The notes beneath the pieces were generated by a model, which did not search any database, was not told the DNA's origin, and worked only from the letters and a program-made list of their open reading frames with translations. Source: a virus. Taken from it: a stretch of 64,000 nucleotides of DNA. The stretch is taken from IMG/VR virus record IMGVR_UViG_3300047409_000574, positions 1 to 64,000 of that record. The stretch is one strand, 5' to 3'. Positions 59,801-64,000 of this stretch are shown piece by piece; within the stretch, counting starts at the first letter, position 1, and each line of letters opens with the position of its first letter. The position numbers and the translations under genes were made by a program.

Positions 59801-62800
59801 AGAATCCGTTTGTGATCGACCGGACAGGAGCGAACGCTGACCGTGATCTCTGGAAGCTGTTGGAGCCGGAAGGAATCAAGGACGGCGACGCGTTCTGGGG
59901 CGACGCGTTGAGGGCGCGTGGCTACGACGGGATCATTCATCGTGGCGATGAGGGAACCGATGTAGAGGTGTTCGGTGACCATGCGGGCCAGGTGTCGGTG
60001 CTCGGTGCGGAGAAGTCGAGCGGCGAGAAGGGCGGCGGCAGTCTCGGCGAGCACGACCATGTGAATCAGGGCTACTGGTCGGAGGACAACCCACTGTTCT
60101 TCCCAGAGCATCCCGCCGTTCAGTTGCAGGACGGACGAGAGCAGGCGTTCTGGAAGGCGACCTACTACCCGCGCATGGACGACTTCGACTTCTGGCTGGC
60201 GAACGAGAAGGGCATGCCGCACCACGACGAGGTGCGTAGCAACCGCGACCCGTTCGAGTCGCGTGGTGCGAGCATCGACGTAGCCGGGTACGGGCCGGAC
60301 TGGACGCCGGACAAGCACTACGCGGAGTGGATTCGCGAGGTGGCTGACAACATCGCGTCGGGTTCGACACCGGAGGAGCTTGGCTACCTGTACGCCGACG
60401 AGGTGCCGCCGCACGACGAACTGGTGCAGGAGGTCTACGACGACTTGGTGGGCCGGATTCGTCAGCGGGTGCGGGGCTACCGGCGTGACATGAATGACGC
60501 GGTCGCGATGGCGTCGGGCGAGAAGGGCGACCGGCCGTACAGTGTCGTGCCGGACGTGCCGCCGGGCGACAAGGGCGATGTTGGCCCGCCGCGGGTGTAC
60601 GCGCCGTTCGACCCGGCGGCGATCGGTCTGAACGAGAAGGACAGCGCGGGCAAGCTCTACACCTGGCACGGCGAGATGCAGAGGGCGACCGGCCAGCATG
60701 TGCGCGGCAACCCGATCGCGCCGAACGACCCGCGTATCCCGCCGGTGCTTTACCACGCGACGACGAACCTTCCGGCGGTGCTCGACGACGGCTACTTGCG
60801 CGGGCGCGGGGAGGGCGGGCTGGGCGGCGACGACACCGACCGGATCGTGAGCCTGACGACTGACGCGCAGACGGCCGTGCAGATCGCGGCCGACCTGCAC
60901 TTCCTGGGCAGGCTCGGCCGTGAGTTCCCGGTGATGCCTGCCTATTCGGAGACGAAGGTGCCGATCGAGGCGAGCGACCCGGAGTGGATGCAGAGCCTCG
61001 ATTCCAAGACGCTGATCGGGGACGAGCGTGTCGAGACGAACCAGCGGATAGTCGAGATGCTGGTTGCGCAGGCCAAGAGCGAGGGGTGGGAGTTCGGTTC
61101 CGCTGCGACGAAGGGCGACGGCGGCCCGTCGTGGAAAACCTACGACCTGGGTGACTGGTTGAACCAGTATTTCCATGAGCGCCGCTCGCAGATCGGAGTC
61201 CAGAACCCGATCGTGTTCAACACGACCGAGACGGCGCGCAGCATCGACCCGGACAAGGTCGGCGTGGTCGTGGTGGACAAGGCGGCGCTTGACAACGGGG
61301 CGGTGCTGACGGACTTCGATCTGTCGCGTGACTTCGGCTTGAGCGAGATCAGGAGCTACGGCGACGTGCGGGTGACGGGGCCGATCCGCGACTCGCTGCT
61401 CGTCGGTTACGGCGCGCCCGGCCTGGCGACGGGGGAGAAGGGCGGCACGCCGGACACGGTCGAGCCGCACATCGTGGCGGCCTACGAGGCGCGCAAGGCG
61501 CTGCACGAACTGCTCTACCGGCGCAACGGGATCGAGCACCAGGACACGCCGGAGTGGCGGGCGGCCGACGAGGCGGTGCAGGCGGGCGAACGGGTGACGG
61601 CGGAGGCCGAACGTGTCGCGGGCGGCCGGGTGTTCCGGCTGCGCGAGGATCAGTTGCACCAGGCGAACAAGAAGATCAACGACCTCGCGCGCCGGGCAGC
61701 CAAGCTCGGGCTGGCCGAGCCGCGCATTGTGCCGATGGGCGACGAGTTCCACCCGGTGATGAAGGACGGCCAGCCGACCGGCGACCTGGCGAAGCTTTCC
61801 TACATCCGCGTGGAGGGTGAGGAGCCGAAGATCGCAGGCTGGGAGTTCCTGGCGACGTTGCAGCATCTCGGCGGCGTGAATGTGGTGCGCCGGGTGCCGG
61901 GCAACGATGAGGGCATCTCGTTGGAGCAGTACCACCACGGCGACGCGGTCTGCGACTACTGCAAGACCAAGCGCGACCGGAAGGACACGTTCATCGTGCG
62001 CAACGTCGAGTCCGGGCTGACCCAGCAGATCGGCCGGTCGTGCCTCAAGGACTTCCTGGGGCACGGCGATCCGACGGCTATCGCGGCGTACTTGGAGCGC
62101 TGGCGGGCGATGGACGATCTCGGCAGCCTGGGGGATGACGACGGGGAGGGTGGCGGGCGCGTCAAGACGTATCTGCCGCTCGACGACTACTTGACGCATG
62201 TGGCGACGATGCTGCGCACGCAGGGCTGGTCGCCGCGCTCGGGCACCGGGTTCGCGACGGCGGATGCTGCGCGGGAGAACCACTACAACTTTGTGCGCAA
62301 GAACAACGACCAGCGCGGCAGGCCGATGTACGAGGTGCCGACGGCGGAGGATGAGCAGCGGGCGAAGGACGCGCTCGACTGGGTGCGCACCACGCTCGCG
62401 CCGAAGCAGAACAAGTCGGAGTTCGAGCACAACATGGCGGCGATGACGAGCGGGTCGCATGTGCCGGAGCGCGGGGAGGGGATCGTCGCCTACGTGCCGG
62501 TCGCGCACGCGAAGGCGCTGGAGAAGGAGATCGTGCTCCAGCGCGAGCAGACAGCACGCGGCACGTCGGAGCATCTCGGCACGGTGAAGGAGCGCTTGAA
62601 GCTGCGGCTGACGGTGGAGGCGGTGTTCGAGCGCGAGGGTGACTACGGGGTGACGTACATCACCCGGATGGCCGACCCGGACGGGAACATCGTCAAGTGG
62701 TTCGGCTCCTACCCGTTGGAGCAGGGCAAGACCTACGAGGGCATGTGGGGGGTGAAGAAGCACGACGAGTACAAGGGCGGCAAGGAGACGGTCGTGACCC

Positions 62801-64000
62801 GGCCGACCAAGCTGGAGATGGTTGTCGAGGACACCGGCGAGAAGGGTGACGCGCCGGTGCGCTACGAGGGCGACTTCCTGGAGCGCCGGGCGCAGCGGGA
62901 TGCGGCTGCTGCCGCCCTGGCGACCGGGGGGCCGGTGCATGCGCCGTCGGAGTTCATCACGTTGCCGAAGTCGGGCAAGCTTCGCGCGCCCGCGATGGAG
63001 GCGCTCGCGGCGCTCGATTCGTTGCTGGTGATTCCGCCGATGCATGGGCCGATTCCGGTGAAGGCGACGGCGGGCAAGAACACGCGGGGTGGCTATGCGC
63101 GCAGGCCGGATGCGGATGCTCCGCGCGCGCCGGTTTGGGAGGGGCCGACGGTGCGTATGACGGGCTTCGGCAAGGGCCGCTCGAACCGTCCGGCGAAGCT
63201 CGCGTCGGAGATCGCGGTTGGTGACGTGATCGTGTTGGCGGCGGGCTACTACGCGCCGGTGACGGCGACGAGCCAGGAGGAGCACGAGATCGGGTTCGGG
63301 CGTGAGCCGGTGATGAAGGCGCATATCACGATCGACCGGGGCGAGGGGGGCAAGCCGAACCTCCAGGAACTCACGTACAAGCCGGACGAGTTGATCCCGT
63401 TCCAGTGGGCACCGGCCGCGGCGGATGTGCCGGAGCATCCGACGTTGTATCCGAAGGAGATCAGGGTGTCGGTCTCGGATGACAGGGACACCGACTCGGC
63501 GCTGGCAACGCTGATTCACGAGATGGGCCACTACATCGACAACCAGGCGTTCCGTAACTACCCGCGGATGGCGGGGTTCGCGACCGACCATGCGGGCTTC
63601 CGTGTGAGGGGGGATGAGAAGGAACGCCGTGAGGCGGTCGAGCGGATGCGCGCTGCGGGCCAGAAGGGCGTCGATCTGTTGGAGCTTTACGATGCGGAGG
63701 AGACACCGTTGTCGGCGTGGTTGGAGGCGGTGCGGGACAGCCCCGAGGCCGAAGGGTTGCGCACCGGCGTGTCGTACGCGGAGGCGGCCACGCACAAGTA
63801 TTTGCTTTCGCCGAAGGAGTTGTGGGCGCGCTCGTTCGCCCAGTGGGTGGCGACCCGTTCCGACAACCCGGCGCTCAAGGCGTGGCTGGTCTCGTTGCAG
63901 AACCAGCCGGACACGCACATCGTGCAGCACAAGCGTTACGACCGGGTGGCGCACGCGAACGTGCTGGTGCCGGTCGAGGAGAAGCGGCCGAACTATCTGC
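50821..64000 (+). CDS. Giant MuF-type polyvalent head protein, at least 4390 aa, 3' truncated by the window
   Basis: Frame 1 is open from GTG 50821 (in-frame TAG at 50809) to the window end; MuF-like YW..THTLD|C..HPLMHTGCKC; multiple enzyme motifs. Confidence 0.9.
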   Translation, partial: MTQPRPSTSSQPPERQPPPGTLPPGEVAAALGVTAGAGAAVVAPAAPGVVVGAVSEAGLLAAMAAIVKAFSVFQRKRRKDEAIWLTVALRRQFPHRTEKQITTLVDDELRREAEFQRKARDRMERDLPKALRISDPVERQAAVQALLDREKRYVDMREEAMAKRASAKAELHDVKEVSPDGAYWKLGDAVTHTLDCHPPGVLVEGPEALASFARPYTGKLLRIMLAGGQELAVTPNHPVLTDAGWKAANTIHEGDCLFCGGRGEGDGLTVDDHQDAPSSIAEVYQALQDAPTSFRATRSIGALDFHGDGMPESEVNVVALGRDLLRDWVEAQVDEPVPEDVFLVRDPMCAGLATVGAREQRRVGRLDSLAGVLADGDGDTPGSSLVRGHSADCQSRRFSDAAYRDSRLEQLALERLARDGKLVGQTLDGLAGLITTDYVVEVVEDDFSGHVYSLSTRGGWYAANGVIVANCMLMAERFWPWVVLDQVHPLMHTGCKCYLVSKREAVERGYMEADFVPDEKDAVATAVANMRRAGHIQEVAWPEEIEQFIEDTLTEADEGASLDGAMIAFYVEPTTAKKLALGGKDTEPPEQLHVTLKFLGDDASKIKNRAKIERVLAEFAAGEKPLVGKVAGLGEFKAPSGGKEGTVKPVFAKPDVSGLSAFHDRLIDALGKLVREDDYDSYVPHITLAYVPKSKPLGEVEKPPALPLRFEEITLAWGGEKKSWKLGAKLQEARWERRFPKGSEHAGEFMPKAATAIRRTVRAALKDLVPAKPVPLLQERGKPQGRHVWLRGRFVFVPRRKAWNRKLDHVHFHSPAQSTNIYRNGNLVQIEGQPAPPHHHDLNPPTGADIRNIPGTAEYDPGHPDKGDPGKRSARSQGRTREQEIGSLESLLRDPELPRDDRIRYSAKLAELRGDHKLAASLRARLGDKGGVHDAPDLSDEAVVALREKIVQARAPEMDEVNARVERALAEQDFNVKPILDGDSMPIVSEVLEAHGFAAGGVWQDHAKKPLSEWGTDTSVSFFHPASGARVTVWWRMGEFRVRHEVWGQGRKNWDHPPEPDDHSPRDWEEFADEVRGVAFRLAHENGASPNVGEVEHDPTVSDHGGFHNSYTGLIRLGEDSTDVLDLAALRTGTTYDRRPSPEVLQGVWASYKVGVHEAIHGAGNGIGNEYQVASHKSVEEALTEELAHIETVKLLRAHGATDVLEWYRAHPFDYRSLGTYWPHRRAIDTILNQAGIAPELREDYLRNLRWNVKPFLRIETLVDAVVAGPNPHNKDRDKTHHWVTDLLTRAEETGYGGDKFVPILRPDLRDMAGPDGVMWNGRRIRVGSIVQIETGRREKGRWKKVLVDAEVLKVGQAAQPPFLFKLDVRTSDGKHQHNVMNTQVKGVHATPESVEPPSIVLGDAQQDSAGKWAGEGARVRVLTGPRMGVEANVVSARYGSPGILLLDHGGEVGTLETTTQFTAPLENLEVVQESEPPQKITVGDLIRYDGRADGGLSEARVTGIEKWGSGDRAGFSIEAITTENSLKPDTQVTLTQERMTTVQAVPEEPPVAMPENWPSLAAVAVAADPGAVPPEARTAEERQAHGERLARVREEFANGVHAKWGERGMGTRRTNTVTPMGTWRRLAPDKIAAGDHVRFTSTGPVAPAFDSEGTKRSFFVKTVVSSAKGRAVVTDITGVEYTITSAQRPTKEHLKTGYHDLLLRLAKAKGYLASHTDPMYAIYDHQDDVHKVLTGLVTNQEGSLQSRREVAVRVQGDSFAAVLAAGRIQNGHEDGSLLPVRWKDRPGEGGYGARRWEWEQRAFSIPEGAPAADHPIYGYVATPNESLDRSIAKAFGEVKVTLKDTVRPRTTVTYSDSNYIGVPTGDAMPSPINRPQEHSVVPWQHEGFGWVRKPVVEMGDRPRPYPPFTPREEALIRQAGHTWGASDPKEMEANREAKRREVARAKGWEPWAHGDFIEAQIHGGIGLDDVARVDFPASLESVPPEWTAELDRLGIPWAHQPVDDAGAGEKGDAPGGYPKSSPESLEMPAGTTLWHTTPAYSEDAVRAEGFRASPHGESGPGIYMTDDPTFRDRMTRYEELSGRGGAERVAITAITTRPLRLLDRQTPEGEALLRKIQQDASASGEGAQPGTLTGLRAAGFDGVRYDSFGDMEVVIHDPTALAIVGGEKGDVQEPWQVPKLEFAPKPDYPKEVFDAYIARTLPQAKNDEVADAWNTLREREQEWDASMRRALSLGQITLPDAKALGYYPMGHEQESEYVKGTGWQPLPPVLYHVTTAASAVRAMGLKTRAELEMDNGVGLGAGDDATISFTADLPTAVGIERAIREAVEVLAGRVTLDEIIERAKTGSDAQRPYYNEWAESRSGPNGEEPKFLEWMRRGRKIDTSFQGALLPTLAGWREALGVEDVEGVGEPYMGAKDGVPRFASVTRPMTEEERQHAVWDVWRELAMSRENIGGGPIDPMFMSTDTAALARVDPNEIATLTVHPKPGAQGYPMSGLGEWRTATGDAVQVVGLGEKGDPPVGPPGPRAEAVQLTPEEFAAHPRTWWHGTKFGKLADSVETSGQGFHIGTYEAAREAVAAQTGDDPGPRGDPQALALGVFSRYMVEPQAQADGSYTFDYQTAPGKAWNRDYGTMRVRFEGDWIVADSTPGPAVETGTRTVQSATGPMELPAYEPFEPWLRTASRRSWLGARYNGVELLPPGKRPYTDAGVLAGPNAPSEPLEGMKMVPVWIVGEMTNTPRDPRKDGAANARMTSLLKRGQARRGWFYENDSEDAGSVSAALPSRAHVRTHEDFVREAVQSGEPVPAHVLASYPALGEKGDVPLDSLNPTDGVFADYTPAERASAPLGGALTTLDKTMAVDPETPVTIYRGAPAHQREIAPGDFVTTNLQLARDYGGGHVIEKQVPASHVLDDSSEPLGEEYIYRPPPITGRPFEATMYHGTLLRNRPSILRHGLRPDPDTNDVWLTDNEKNARSYTDRTMMGARGAVVTARVRLENPFVIDRTGANADRDLWKLLEPEGIKDGDAFWGDALRARGYDGIIHRGDEGTDVEVFGDHAGQVSVLGAEKSSGEKGGGSLGEHDHVNQGYWSEDNPLFFPEHPAVQLQDGREQAFWKATYYPRMDDFDFWLANEKGMPHHDEVRSNRDPFESRGASIDVAGYGPDWTPDKHYAEWIREVADNIASGSTPEELGYLYADEVPPHDELVQEVYDDLVGRIRQRVRGYRRDMNDAVAMASGEKGDRPYSVVPDVPPGDKGDVGPPRVYAPFDPAAIGLNEKDSAGKLYTWHGEMQRATGQHVRGNPIAPNDPRIPPVLYHATTNLPAVLDDGYLRGRGEGGLGGDDTDRIVSLTTDAQTAVQIAADLHFLGRLGREFPVMPAYSETKVPIEASDPEWMQSLDSKTLIGDERVETNQRIVEMLVAQAKSEGWEFGSAATKGDGGPSWKTYDLGDWLNQYFHERRSQIGVQNPIVFNTTETARSIDPDKVGVVVVDKAALDNGAVLTDFDLSRDFGLSEIRSYGDVRVTGPIRDSLLVGYGAPGLATGEKGGTPDTVEPHIVAAYEARKALHELLYRRNGIEHQDTPEWRAADEAVQAGERVTAEAERVAGGRVFRLREDQLHQANKKINDLARRAAKLGLAEPRIVPMGDEFHPVMKDGQPTGDLAKLSYIRVEGEEPKIAGWEFLATLQHLGGVNVVRRVPGNDEGISLEQYHHGDAVCDYCKTKRDRKDTFIVRNVESGLTQQIGRSCLKDFLGHGDPTAIAAYLERWRAMDDLGSLGDDDGEGGGRVKTYLPLDDYLTHVATMLRTQGWSPRSGTGFATADAARENHYNFVRKNNDQRGRPMYEVPTAEDEQRAKDALDWVRTTLAPKQNKSEFEHNMAAMTSGSHVPERGEGIVAYVPVAHAKALEKEIVLQREQTARGTSEHLGTVKERLKLRLTVEAVFEREGDYGVTYITRMADPDGNIVKWFGSYPLEQGKTYEGMWGVKKHDEYKGGKETVVTRPTKLEMVVEDTGEKGDAPVRYEGDFLERRAQRDAAAAALATGGPVHAPSEFITLPKSGKLRAPAMEALAALDSLLVIPPMHGPIPVKATAGKNTRGGYARRPDADAPRAPVWEGPTVRMTGFGKGRSNRPAKLASEIAVGDVIVLAAGYYAPVTATSQEEHEIGFGREPVMKAHITIDRGEGGKPNLQELTYKPDELIPFQWAPAAADVPEHPTLYPKEIRVSVSDDRDTDSALATLIHEMGHYIDNQAFRNYPRMAGFATDHAGFRVRGDEKERREAVERMRAAGQKGVDLLELYDAEETPLSAWLEAVRDSPEAEGLRTGVSYAEAATHKYLLSPKELWARSFAQWVATRSDNPALKAWLVSLQNQPDTHIVQHKRYDRVAHANVLVPVEEKRPNYL
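51406..52230 (+). mobile_element. Intein (275 aa) in the MuF domain
   Basis: N-terminal Cys (CHPPGVLV), block B VTPNHPVLT..GW, block F/G GHVYSLST..WYAANGVIVAN followed by Cys+1. Confidence 0.9.
51424..52170 (-). CDS. HTH + DUF559/Vsr-like endonuclease encoded antisense within the intein
   Basis: RRYETGESVKRLADELSIS (HTH); EEHIF..L..LG..Q....YNVDF....VAVEIE...L.DAGWRIL; GAAAGG 8 nt before the GTG. Confidence 0.8.
   Translation of the reverse strand: MTREIVLDNLDDIVRRYETGESVKRLADELSISRKALKGKLLKAGVTIRGVREATTLAVGRMTPDERATWRVAVAVGQHARKGIKPSDAALLARANGRQASAHWITNEEHIFGDWLIDLGFDPVPQQVAAERYNVDFGLGHAVAVEIERTDTACGPKARRRVLKRLIHLRDAGWRILMVVHCEAVPLAPAAAEQAVAFMDRVRGLPPGVGQYRVVWGDGKLLSTGEHDAEELSRIWPGKGRQRLRPLD
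52507..53000 (+). other. 2H phosphoesterase domain within the giant protein
   Basis: LHVTLKFLG (His at 52597) and PHITLAY (His at 52873). Confidence 0.85.
54120..54560 (+). other. Zincin metallopeptidase domain 1 within the giant protein
   Basis: HEAIH (54289) plus EEALTE. Confidence 0.75.
56070..61380 (+). other. Array of about 7 ADP-ribosyltransferase-like domains within the giant protein
   Basis: DUF3626-like (PIYGY..FG..LK..T.T.SDS..EAQIHG), LWHTT..GIYMT..GFDGV, LYHVTT, WWHGT..GFHIGT, TIYRG..PGDFVT, YHGT..VWLT..GYDGI, LYHATT. Confidence 0.7.
61630..62820 (+). other. Zn-ribbon + OB-fold-like module within the giant protein
   Basis: GWEFLATL, CDYC...R.R, QIGRSCLKDFLG, SEHLGT..DGN.VKW..KKH.EYKG.KET. 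Confidence 0.7.
63430..63900 (+). other. Zincin domain 2 (LPD1/polyvalent-type) within the giant protein
   Basis: HEMGHYID (63517) and YLLSPKELWARSFAQWV. Confidence 0.8.

Noticed and set aside
57991-63954. 1987-aa minus-strand ORF (also 52270-54144 and 55000-57639)
   Set aside because: Arg/His/Val-rich with no motifs; codon-register shadows of the giant + strand gene, unlike 51424-52170, which has coherent HTH and nuclease motifs

Overview
High-GC tailed-phage DNA that probably covers most of one genome; almost all genes are on the + strand. The window opens just after the presumed capsid genes. It runs through neck genes, a contractile (PBSX/Xkd-like) tail, baseplate and fibres (0.3-21.5 kb), lysis (21.5-22.5 kb), and recombination/replication/accessory genes (RecT-like, RecB-like nuclease, initiator plus DnaC-like loader, RusA, SSB, HerA-like, Ku, Acb2, secreted Rpf-like enzyme; 22.8-42.3 kb). 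Next come the terminases and portal (42.3-50.3 kb). The window ends inside a giant + strand ORF (50821 to >64000, at least 4390 aa) that is absent from the ORF track because it has no stop in the window. I translated it by eye. It is a MuF-type head protein carrying an intein, a 2H phosphoesterase, two zincins, about 7 ADP-ribosyltransferase-like domains and a Zn-ribbon/OB module, with many domains separated by a recurring G[ED]KG[DG] linker. The most striking feature is the intein: it has no recognisable in-frame endonuclease, but its opposite strand encodes a complete HTH plus DUF559/Vsr-like nuclease in codon register. An actinobacterial host is inferred from GC content, the Rpf-like gene and leaderless promoters. 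No capsid, protease, integrase, tRNA or CRISPR array was seen. All assignments come from motif recognition by eye; no database search was run.
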